64,000 nucleotides of DNA, from IMG/VR virus record IMGVR_UViG_3300013713_000001, positions 64,001-128,000 of that record. One strand, given 5' to 3'. This document shows, piece by piece, positions 56,122 to 64,000 of this stretch; position 1 is the stretch's first letter; each line of letters opens with the position of its first letter. The translations under genes and the position numbers were made by a program. This DNA comes from a virus (Duplodnaviria; Caudoviricetes). Below the pieces are notes generated by a model. The model was not told the DNA's origin. It searched no databases and saw only the letters and a program-made list of their open reading frames with translations.

Positions 56122-56782
56122 TAGCGGCTTGCTGTTCTTTCAAGGTTTCCCCGAAGACACGCAGGTACAGTTCTGGATAACGTGCGTAACCGCCAGTCCC
56201 CGCTTTGTCCTTGATGAAGCGCAGCGAGATCGCCATCACCTCGTCTTTGGACTTGTCTGGGTTAATGTCGGTATGATGAGTCAGGACGCGTTGGAACAGT
56301 GCCTTAGCGTCTCCTGGGAAGCCACGGTCAGCAGAGTTGATCAACTCCGCGAACTGGTTAACGAAAGCACCCTTATACGAAGCACGGTGTTGCAGGCACG
56401 CGTAGGCTACACCGGCACGGTCATTACCCGCTGCGCGACCGCGTTCGTTACCGAAGTGTTCGACGATCACCGGGTGGTCAGCACCCATGAAGTACTCGTA
56501 TGCCAGCTGGTGGTGGTTAACACGAGACCAGGCAAACAAGTCGTGGAAATAAGCCGCAAAGAGCATGTTCATTTCGCCATGACCGAGCTCGAGACGTTCA
56601 TTGATGAAGCGGGCACACTGGTACACCGACTCGAAGTGCTCCTGACGGTGCCCCCGGTCGTTCAATGCCCAGTGAGGGGAAAATGCGGTAATGATCTGGA
56701 AGCGGGCTTTGTCATAAGGATCAACAAACATAGGAGTCCTCGAAGGAGACTGTGCAGCGGTACTGTTGGTATTGTTAAGCAT
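56108..56782 (-). CDS. HD-domain phosphohydrolase (tandem paralog)
   Basis: HRQEH, YFHDLF, NHH, QHRAS, SADRG. Confidence 0.85.
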   Translation of the reverse strand: MLNNTNSTAAQSPSRTPMFVDPYDKARFQIITAFSPHWALNDRGHRQEHFESVYQCARFINERLELGHGEMNMLFAAYFHDLFAWSRVNHHQLAYEYFMGADHPVIVEHFGNERGRAAGNDRAGVAYACLQHRASYKGAFVNQFAELINSADRGFPGDAKALFQRVLTHHTDINPDKSKDEVMAISLRFIKDKAGTGGYARYPELYLRVFGETLKEQQAAIDNL

Positions 56783-56822
56783 AAAGAAATCCCTAAAGGT
56801 GGGGTGGGTGAAGAAAAGAAAG

Positions 56823-56850
56823 CCTGCTCCCGGTGTTACCCAGGAGCAGG
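56823..56850 (-). terminator. hairpin terminator
   Basis: CCTGCTCC/GGAGCAGG stem, TTTCTTTT tail. Confidence 0.65.
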
Positions 56851-56865
56851 TTAAATCCTAGCGCA

Positions 56866-59193
56866 CTAGATCAGTGCCATCATCAATAGGCTGCGGTACG
56901 TCGTAACGCGTCGCATGGTTGCCATGTTGACGTCCAGCGAGCTGTAAGAGAACAACCACATCGAATCGTCTTGGGTAAAGCGCAAGATCTTGTCAACGAC
57001 TTGAATGTTTGCGTCATCACCCATGGACAGCGGGAACCCGTTCTCGACAAGGTCGAAGAACTCTGGGAACTTACTGCGACGAATAAGAAGTGGAGCGTTG
57101 CCCTGCTCGACGCCCGATGGAGCCAGCCGTTTGTTCACCAGCGTGAAGTGGATAGGGCGCTCAGTGACGAGACGCAGCGTCTTCTGGATCTTGTCCACAA
57201 TGCTGTCGTCTTCTTCAACCTGGTTGTGAACACTTTCAGATACAAAGATCTTCATTTGCTCAGTCAGGAAGTTTGCTGGGCTACCTTCTGCGTTGAAACA
57301 GCGGAAGGCTTCTTCGTCCGTCTCTTTGAAGTGCTGGTCAAGCTCGTTGTAGTCTTCAAAGATCGACTCAATCGCCAGGTAGTTGACGTGGTCCTTGGAG
57401 TTATGATACCCCAGAGAACTGATCAGCCAATCGTTGACCATCAGGGTCAAGCGCTGGTCGATGTAGCCGGCGATCTCGTCATCGATATGCGCGGTGTCGA
57501 AGAAGTTGACCATCCGCTTCATGCGCATGAAGAAGGACAGGTTGGTGTCTTCCGCATCTTTGAACAGGAACGGCAGGTTCTTGATGATCGCGGCGCGGTC
57601 AGCTTCGGAGTTGCAGGTGTAGAAGTCCCAAACACGCGTGTTAAAGGACGTTGCGTTAGTCCCCGTCATGTTAACTGTCAGGGCTTTGTTTGTTGCGTCA
57701 ATGGCGGACAGGATCGCACCAGAGGATTGGTTCGCTACGGTCTCGTTGAGGGTTACCACTGGAATACCTTCCAGCTTCTCACAGACGGCAGGCGGGATAC
57801 TTGGGGTCTTTGCTTTACCCAACAGTTTCTCGGCTGGTGTAGCGGCAATCTTTGTTTCGGTGCTCCCGTCAATGCCTTCCAGAAGCGGCAACAATTTCTT
57901 CGGATCAGTAAACCCTGCTGCCATGTCCAATCCCTCTGCAGGGACAACGGTACTAAACCACCCGTCGTCGTTTTCCAAATCAATCTTTACAACCCGGAAG
58001 CTACCATTAAGAACAGAGTCTTCCTGCTCTGGCTGATCGGGGTGACGCTTAAAGGCATGCTGAACCTTCTTCCAATCAGATTCCGGGATAAAGTACCAGT
58101 TATCTTTTCCAATCCACTGGAACAGCCGACGATAATCGTAGCGGTTCTTGTTTTCTTCGGTGATCTGAGTAAAGTCTACCTGTTTAGTTTCCCAATCCAC
58201 CGTCTCAAAGCCATTGTTGGAAAGGCTAGGATCAGGTGGAACATGACGGTTCTTAGCTTCGTGCGCAGTGCGCATTACCTGCTCGACCAACGGAGAGGCG
58301 TCTTGCTGCGGGTAGGACCCCATGTAGGCGTTCGTCCCAAACCCAATCATGCCTTGCAGGGCACGTTCCGCTTCAACGATCATGCTGTTGTCGGCACGGG
58401 TTGGGGTATGGGTTTCGAACACCAGGTTAGCGTACGGGTTGCTGACTCCAAAGGTGGTACACGCATGGGTAAACGTATCCTTGAATCGTTCAAGGTCACC
58501 AAGCATCTTCTTGATTTCTGGAGTCAGGTAATACGTTTTCTCGCGCCCTGCGGGGGATTTAGCCAACCAGGAGATAAGCTCCATGGTCAACACCATGCTG
58601 GACGCCATTTGCACGGCTCTACGATATTCCCCCTCGCCCAAGTTGCCCGATTGAGAACTCTTTGCCATATCGATCAAGATCTGACCGAATACAGGAACCC
58701 CTGCTTTGGCAATAAACACCATAAATTCCTGATGCTGGTTGATCGTATCCACAAACGCGTTACGGATATTGCACACAGCACCGGTCGTTTTGTTACAGCG
58801 AAAGTGTTCCAGTACAGCCCGATACTCAGCGTAGAAGCCGCCGTGGCGGCGCACCAACGAGTTGAAGAACTGCATGGCAGCCTCGGAATACTTTTGCACG
58901 TATTCCTGGTTCAACAACTCTTCCGCAGTGCTATTCCCAGCAAGTGCACGTAAACCATCGTCTTCGTAGCGGGAGCTTCCTAAGGCATCCCAACGAATAC
59001 CTGAACCTTGGCCACCCAATCCAGCCTGGCCCATGTTGTTGCCGTCCATCAACCCACGAAGGTTGGCGAGCGGATCCACCCGGTTGTAAGGGTTCTGCGG
59101 ACTACCAGTTCCAGTGGGTGCGGTCGACGTATCGATCGTCCGCCCTGGTTGCTGGTTGCTAGGTCTATAAAAGTTGTTACCACTCATGGCCAT
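56866..59193 (-). CDS. large hypothetical protein in the nvRNAP-subunit operon
   Basis: 775 aa, overlaps the upstream stop; low-complexity N-terminus. Confidence 0.8.
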   Translation of the reverse strand: MAMSGNNFYRPSNQQPGRTIDTSTAPTGTGSPQNPYNRVDPLANLRGLMDGNNMGQAGLGGQGSGIRWDALGSSRYEDDGLRALAGNSTAEELLNQEYVQKYSEAAMQFFNSLVRRHGGFYAEYRAVLEHFRCNKTTGAVCNIRNAFVDTINQHQEFMVFIAKAGVPVFGQILIDMAKSSQSGNLGEGEYRRAVQMASSMVLTMELISWLAKSPAGREKTYYLTPEIKKMLGDLERFKDTFTHACTTFGVSNPYANLVFETHTPTRADNSMIVEAERALQGMIGFGTNAYMGSYPQQDASPLVEQVMRTAHEAKNRHVPPDPSLSNNGFETVDWETKQVDFTQITEENKNRYDYRRLFQWIGKDNWYFIPESDWKKVQHAFKRHPDQPEQEDSVLNGSFRVVKIDLENDDGWFSTVVPAEGLDMAAGFTDPKKLLPLLEGIDGSTETKIAATPAEKLLGKAKTPSIPPAVCEKLEGIPVVTLNETVANQSSGAILSAIDATNKALTVNMTGTNATSFNTRVWDFYTCNSEADRAAIIKNLPFLFKDAEDTNLSFFMRMKRMVNFFDTAHIDDEIAGYIDQRLTLMVNDWLISSLGYHNSKDHVNYLAIESIFEDYNELDQHFKETDEEAFRCFNAEGSPANFLTEQMKIFVSESVHNQVEEDDSIVDKIQKTLRLVTERPIHFTLVNKRLAPSGVEQGNAPLLIRRSKFPEFFDLVENGFPLSMGDDANIQVVDKILRFTQDDSMWLFSYSSLDVNMATMRRVTTYRSLLMMALI

Positions 59194-60842
59194 GGCTCTC
59201 TATAACGTAATCTGTGATCTGTTCGACCGTAAAGATCCTTGAACTCTGGATCGATCCCAGTCGTTTTACCGTCAATCAGATACAGACAGGGGTTTAAGTA
59301 ACCCCGGCTATCAGGGTTAGGTTTATTCACCCTGAAGTAGCTGTGTACGAAAGGTTGAGAAGCATCAGTGAACGTCGCACTGTCGTTGACGTCGAAGTCA
59401 CCTTTCTTCTGTTTCCCCATACCGGTATAGACTTTGTGTTGCGGCATGCAGCCTAGGACGTAATCGATGAACGGATTGTCCGTAGGAGTGGCTTCCTGGA
59501 TAAGGTTGGCGTTACGCGCATTGTCGATCTCCTTAACGTGAAAGTGATCACTCAAGAACTTGGCAACCTTTTTCTGGTTGATCTCTGAGTTGTTCTTGAT
59601 GTCATATTTAAAGTTGTTTGCCGCGGTAAGCAGGCTGTCCAGGATAAACTCCAGACTGGCCAGTTCCTTGTGGAACGCCGACGCGCGGTTGGTGGTCTGT
59701 ACGATCTCACTCCGGTTAGCGATGATGTAGTTGAACAGGTCGAACATATTGCTTACAACAATCGACTGTCCCGCAAACCGCTTAATGGAGTCTTCGTCCA
59801 GGTACTCGTTAATGGTTTCAAAGTGCTGATCGATCAGACGGAGGATGTACTCGTCCGTGTCGCCTGCTTTCACAGAGCAACGACCAATGATCAACTTCCA
59901 GTAACTGGCTTCGTCGATCCGATCAATGTCGAAGTACGACGAACAGCAATCCACCACAAACATCAGGGCACTCATGTACTGCAGTGCCATAGCGCTCAAG
60001 GACTTACGGCCCGCGTTCAAGTTGCGGACTGCAATGGCGGTGTCCAGGCTCACGAAATCACCCAAGGACTTCTTGTTCGTCCCCGAGTTACTGCGCGAGA
60101 AGATTTCCCAACGGTCTTCTGGGCGGCACTCTTGAACCAGCGCGTCCAGCGGACCGAGCCGGTAGTCACATTCACCATACTCACGCATGGCTTCACTAAA
60201 CCCCATCTTGGCAAACATGTACCATGCCAGGAGTGGCGTAGGGGTCTTTGTGTCTTTGATCTTTCGTGCTTCAGTGGGACTGTAGAAACGGTTAGCAGCC
60301 AAGTTGGTATCGTAGCTGCGCGTCGTCAAGACCCCTGTTTCACTAAAGACCTGCGTGATGTTGAACGGTTCTACCCCAATCTTGAACTTGTAACCCAGTA
60401 CCTTGACAAAGATCGAGTTCTCCTTTGTTACCGGAAGGCCTCGCTCTGCCAGCACAAACTGCGTGCTATAGAACGCATCGCGCAAGAACACGTCACCGTA
60501 CTCATTCGTGTACGGCAGCATGGTGTACGCTTTATAGGAGATGATCTGCCCGCCCTTGTCCTTGTAATCGATGTTGATCGACACAGGGTAAAGGGATTCC
60601 TTGTGGGCATCAAAGATCTTCCGACTGCTACCAATCAGATAATCAATGAACTCCTTTGGATCCGCGACTTCGCATTTCCGAAAGAAGACCCCCTTGTTCT
60701 CTACGTTCTTAAGGATACTTCTTAATGCCCTGTCGAACCATACATGCCCATTCTCGAACTCTTTCTCATGAAACCCCTCCGTTAAGACTGGGTTAAAATC
60801 AGGCATCTTTGCGTCCATCATGTCGAGCAGCTTACGGTTCAT
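59184..60842 (-). CDS. putative non-virion RNA polymerase beta-like subunit (phiKZ gp123-like)
   Basis: 552 aa; LPY...G..F, NKPNPDSRGYLNP; second gene downstream of capsid under an early promoter, similar to phiKZ order (inference). Confidence 0.6.
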   Translation of the reverse strand: MNRKLLDMMDAKMPDFNPVLTEGFHEKEFENGHVWFDRALRSILKNVENKGVFFRKCEVADPKEFIDYLIGSSRKIFDAHKESLYPVSINIDYKDKGGQIISYKAYTMLPYTNEYGDVFLRDAFYSTQFVLAERGLPVTKENSIFVKVLGYKFKIGVEPFNITQVFSETGVLTTRSYDTNLAANRFYSPTEARKIKDTKTPTPLLAWYMFAKMGFSEAMREYGECDYRLGPLDALVQECRPEDRWEIFSRSNSGTNKKSLGDFVSLDTAIAVRNLNAGRKSLSAMALQYMSALMFVVDCCSSYFDIDRIDEASYWKLIIGRCSVKAGDTDEYILRLIDQHFETINEYLDEDSIKRFAGQSIVVSNMFDLFNYIIANRSEIVQTTNRASAFHKELASLEFILDSLLTAANNFKYDIKNNSEINQKKVAKFLSDHFHVKEIDNARNANLIQEATPTDNPFIDYVLGCMPQHKVYTGMGKQKKGDFDVNDSATFTDASQPFVHSYFRVNKPNPDSRGYLNPCLYLIDGKTTGIDPEFKDLYGRTDHRLRYREPWP

Positions 60843-60852
60843 CCTCTAGTCC

Positions 60853-61986
60853 CTAGGAAGTGTACAGTTTGTAAACCGTCACAGCGCATGTTGATACCGC
60901 GGCCACAGCCTTTGCGATCTCCCCCCAACTGTTTGCACTGTTACGTTTCTTGTCGATGTCCTGGCTAGCTTTTATCACTGTGTCTTTTATCTGATTCTGA
61001 GCTGAAGTAGCCGAGGTGTTGATATCACGGATATACAACGCCATCGAATGCTGAGCCTTTAACCGGTCGGTCTCGTTACGATGATTGCTAGTTGTCTGGC
61101 GCAATTCTTCCGCCAACTTCACAACCTCTGCTTGGGCTTTATCCAAGGAGTCTTCCAGCGCTGATTTGTCTTTCAGCAAACCGCTCATAGCTTTAGAATT
61201 GTCACTCAGTTTCTTTTCAGCGATTAAAGCCCGCTCAGTGTTACCACCCATCGAGCATTCTTCCATGGTTTCGAATAACCCGTGTTCGCCAAGGGAAGCC
61301 TTGGTGAGGTCGTCGAGCGCTAGGTAAATTTCCTGGGGTTCAATGCTGCCATAATGCAGTCCGACGTACAGCCCAGCAGGTCTGCTAGGGTCTTGCACGA
61401 CTGGAACCCGAACGGCTTTACCCATCACGTTCGTATAAATCGGGTTTAGTTTGCTCAAGGGGTCATTCAAATAAATGAAATAGTGCAACCCCCCTTTTGG
61501 GTTTCGCTGAGCACATTCACTGGCCATCTCAAACAGTTCCTGGAGTACAAACCCATAACTGTTGAGCGGGGCGATGTTAGCTGCCTCCATCGAGTTGAAT
61601 AACGAAATGCCCAAGATGTTGCTATGGATCACTTCGTTCTCGTCCGACAAATCGCCGGTCAAAAAGATCTTCACATAAAAGTCGGTCGAATAAGCGTCAC
61701 TCAGCAAACGGTTTGTTTCCCTGTGCTGGGCAACTGTATCCTCTAACTTCTTCAGGAACTCTCTATCGAAAGGGGTCTGGGCTAGCCGGTGGTCGATCCA
61801 GAAGTTGTCGGCCTTAACACCGCTAACCTTTATCTGGACTTCTCGTCTGGCGTAGTTATGTGAAATCATCCGTTCTTGAGCGCGGATTATGTAGTTCAAC
61901 CCACCTTGGGTTTTAACAATAAGCTCGGCGTTACTGTAATTAGATATCTGATATTCTAGTTTAAAACTAGAAATACTCTTGTCCAT
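60853..61986 (-). CDS. hypothetical protein with C-terminal coiled coil (phiKZ gp122-like position)
   Basis: Start MDKSIS (GAGGA RBS). Confidence 0.7.
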   Translation of the reverse strand: MDKSISSFKLEYQISNYSNAELIVKTQGGLNYIIRAQERMISHNYARREVQIKVSGVKADNFWIDHRLAQTPFDREFLKKLEDTVAQHRETNRLLSDAYSTDFYVKIFLTGDLSDENEVIHSNILGISLFNSMEAANIAPLNSYGFVLQELFEMASECAQRNPKGGLHYFIYLNDPLSKLNPIYTNVMGKAVRVPVVQDPSRPAGLYVGLHYGSIEPQEIYLALDDLTKASLGEHGLFETMEECSMGGNTERALIAEKKLSDNSKAMSGLLKDKSALEDSLDKAQAEVVKLAEELRQTTSNHRNETDRLKAQHSMALYIRDINTSATSAQNQIKDTVIKASQDIDKKRNSANSWGEIAKAVAAVSTCAVTVYKLYTS

Positions 61987-62044
61987 CGAGCCAAGTCCTC
62001 TAGTCTTGTTATAACCTCTGTGCACGAGGCTACCTTAAATACAC

Positions 62045-62072
62045 TCACGCTTGGATAATGTAGGTTTGAAAT
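62045..62072 (-). promoter_or_regulatory. early promoter variant
   Basis: TTTCAAACCTACATTATCC. Confidence 0.7.
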
Positions 62073-62093
62073 TGGATAGCAAATTTTAAAGTT

Positions 62094-62139
62094 GCATAAA
62101 TACCCCTCCCTGGCCCATTGCAGGCCAGGGAGGGGTATT
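62094..62139 (-). terminator. capsid gene terminator with TTTATGC tail
   Basis: 17-bp stem AATACCCCTCCCTGGCC/GGCCAGGGAGGGGTATT. Confidence 0.8.
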
Positions 62140-62213
62140 ACTTTCAGGACAGGATCCAACTCACAAACGACGGTACGGGTATAGCAACTGACCGTAGTTC
62201 GTAGGCGGGATGA

Positions 62214-64000
62214 TTACGCGTTTGGGTCAGTCACCGGCTGCAGCTTGATGTCGCCAGCGTTGGCCAGGCGAACAGCTTTGACTGCCAGGTCGTTGATCAG
62301 ACCACCGTCGGTCAGGAACAGGTGCGCGTCTTCGATGAAGAGGCGACCCACGACCACGTTCAGACCCCAGTGCTTGTAGGTCGGCAGGGTCATGACAACA
62401 CCGAAGTCCTTGTTACCACGAGTCACGTTGCCTTGCACAACGATGTTCTCTTTGGTAACGACGACACCGATACCGGCCAGCGGATCGATGACTTCCGACG
62501 ACGAGTCGTTCTTCGGCACGATGGTGACGTAGCCGATTTCCGAATCGAAGTTGGTTTCGATGACGTCGGTCTTCTCGACCGGGCCGATGGTACGAGCGTC
62601 ACCCGAACGGAAGATGAAGCGGCTGATGTTCTGGTGAGCCACGATCGACCAGCGACCGCTCATGTCACCCGAGGTGTACTCGGCAACAGCCGCCAGGCCC
62701 GAACGGGTGTTCAGCGCAGCGATGATGTCGGCGATCTCGTTGGTGATGGCAGCGGAGGTAGCGTTCCACACGTCGTACGAGCCGTTCGCCGAAACCACGT
62801 CGCTCAGCTTCAGCTTGCGGTCGACGCAGGTCGGGGTCAGGAAGTGCTGACCAGCCAGAACTTCGGAGCCTTGGCTGTTGGCAACAACCGCCGAACCGTC
62901 GATCTGCTTGATGTACTCGATGTGCTTGCGCGCTTCAACGAACGCAGTCTTGGAGCACTGGTTGTTGATGATGATCGACATCTGCTTCAGAGCGAAGTCC
63001 AGGGATTCCTGGTAGACGTCTTTGTCGCTGACCGGGTACTGGACCGAGATCGGCGAACGGCGCTGAACCGACAGGTGCTTGTACGCATCGAACACTTCCA
63101 CGCGGTAGCCGAAGTTGCCGCGGTTGGTGTTGTTGACGTTCTGACCGGTACGGGTCGACACGACGGTGCCTTGCTTCAGGGTGTTGAACAGCGCCTGTTG
63201 CGGGCTGGCAGCATTGCCGTACTTCACAACAGCCTTGGTGTTGATGTCGTACAGCTCGGAGATGCCAACGGAGCCGGCCAGCAGGGTCAGGTCACCGCGC
63301 TGACGCTGGTAGGTACCGGTCAGTTGCAGCTGGAGGCGAGGCTCGTAGCCGGCAGCCAGGAATTCGGCAAAGATGGTTTCGCCGATGTTGTTCCCGTCTT
63401 TGTCCTGGACCGAGAAACCTGGGTACTGCTGGATCTTCAGGTTCAGGGTACGCTCGTCGGAGCTCTGGATCTGACCGCCGACGCCGAAGGTGTTGTTCGA
63501 CATGGCAGCGGTGTTGATGAACACGACGTGCTCTTTGGAGCCGACGGTCAGCTTGACGCCGATGCGTTTGATGGCGATGGAGTTGGACTCCAGCTCATCG
63601 GTGTTGCCCCACGGCTGTTGACCAGGGGTCTGGGTCAGGGCCAGGAAGTTCGGGATGCTGACCGGAACAGCCAGGTCCTGGGTCAGGTGTTCCTGACGGC
63701 CGTAGGCGTCGCCCGGCATGTACTTGATCTTGGTCGGTGCCGAGATGTCCGAGCCGGCGAAGAAGCGACGGGTGTCGGCGCCGTCGTCAGCAGGCCAGAC
63801 CGGGTACACGGCCAGGACTTCTTCTTTGAACATGTCGCCGGAACGCAGCAGGCCGAAGACCGGACGCAGATCGGAAGCCGACTGGAAGGCGGTAGCGCCG
63901 TAGGTGTAGGTACCCAGGCCAGCGGCACGGACGGACATTTCGACGCCTTCTTCGCGGTAGCCGATCGAGATCGGAGCGTACAGGGCGTCAGCGCCTTTGG
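62214..64000 (-). CDS. major capsid protein (phiKZ gp120-like), 5' end beyond window
   Basis: Frame stays open to the window edge (..KGADALYAPISIGYREEGVEMSV..); NTNRGNFG, RRSPISV..P, P.Y.H..L motifs; extreme codon bias; synteny. Confidence 0.75.
   Translation of the reverse strand, partial: KGADALYAPISIGYREEGVEMSVRAAGLGTYTYGATAFQSASDLRPVFGLLRSGDMFKEEVLAVYPVWPADDGADTRRFFAGSDISAPTKIKYMPGDAYGRQEHLTQDLAVPVSIPNFLALTQTPGQQPWGNTDELESNSIAIKRIGVKLTVGSKEHVVFINTAAMSNNTFGVGGQIQSSDERTLNLKIQQYPGFSVQDKDGNNIGETIFAEFLAAGYEPRLQLQLTGTYQRQRGDLTLLAGSVGISELYDINTKAVVKYGNAASPQQALFNTLKQGTVVSTRTGQNVNNTNRGNFGYRVEVFDAYKHLSVQRRSPISVQYPVSDKDVYQESLDFALKQMSIIINNQCSKTAFVEARKHIEYIKQIDGSAVVANSQGSEVLAGQHFLTPTCVDRKLKLSDVVSANGSYDVWNATSAAITNEIADIIAALNTRSGLAAVAEYTSGDMSGRWSIVAHQNISRFIFRSGDARTIGPVEKTDVIETNFDSEIGYVTIVPKNDSSSEVIDPLAGIGVVVTKENIVVQGNVTRGNKDFGVVMTLPTYKHWGLNVVVGRLFIEDAHLFLTDGGLINDLAVKAVRLANAGDIKLQPVTDPNA

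Noticed and set aside
56971-58953. 660-aa plus-strand ORF (also 59670..60725, 16798..17874, 12766..13701, 51195..52211, 34338..35222)
   Set aside because: In-register antisense shadows of well-supported genes; unnatural composition and no promoter or RBS support.
61956-62159. 67-aa ORF downstream of capsid
   Set aside because: Runs through a terminator and an early promoter; not credible as an independent gene (kept only as a weak read-through note).
1-64000. tRNA genes, CRISPR array, IS/transposase, introns or inteins
   Set aside because: No cloverleaf/T-loop patterns in the short intergenic gaps, no regularly spaced direct repeats, and no transposase, homing-endonuclease or intein motifs seen by eye; tRNAscan and Infernal not run.

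Overview
64 kb segment of a phiKZ/EL-like jumbo myophage (Chimalliviridae-type; inferred from protein motifs and gene order, not from a database search). Most genes are on the minus strand. From right to left: the C-terminal part of the major capsid protein, a putative nvRNAP beta-like subunit operon, an HD-domain gene pair, a divergent putative portal/baseplate pair, a RuvC-like resolvase, a holin candidate plus overlapping spanins, four paralogous tail/baseplate fibre genes, a gpV-like spike and an SbcC/SMC ATPase. Next comes an early nucleic-acid-enzyme island (nucleotidyltransferase pair, LigA-like protein, beta-solenoid pair, RNase H, DHH phosphoesterase, Acb1-like 2H phosphodiesterase). 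About 16 kb of small accessory genes follow, ending in a GroEL-like chaperonin that runs off the left end and is missing from the ORF track. About ten phiKZ-type early promoters and about 18 hairpins are visible. I saw no tRNA, CRISPR array or IS element. The most striking observations are: (1) a full-length NAD+-ligase homologue with most catalytic residues substituted but DNA-binding modules intact; (2) two glycine-zipper membrane proteins 36 kb apart that share a 36/43-nt promoter block; (3) a four-gene family with a tandem WxxW helical module; (4) tandem pairs of an intact and a degenerate enzyme; (5) an exact 17-nt tail on three intergenic hairpins.
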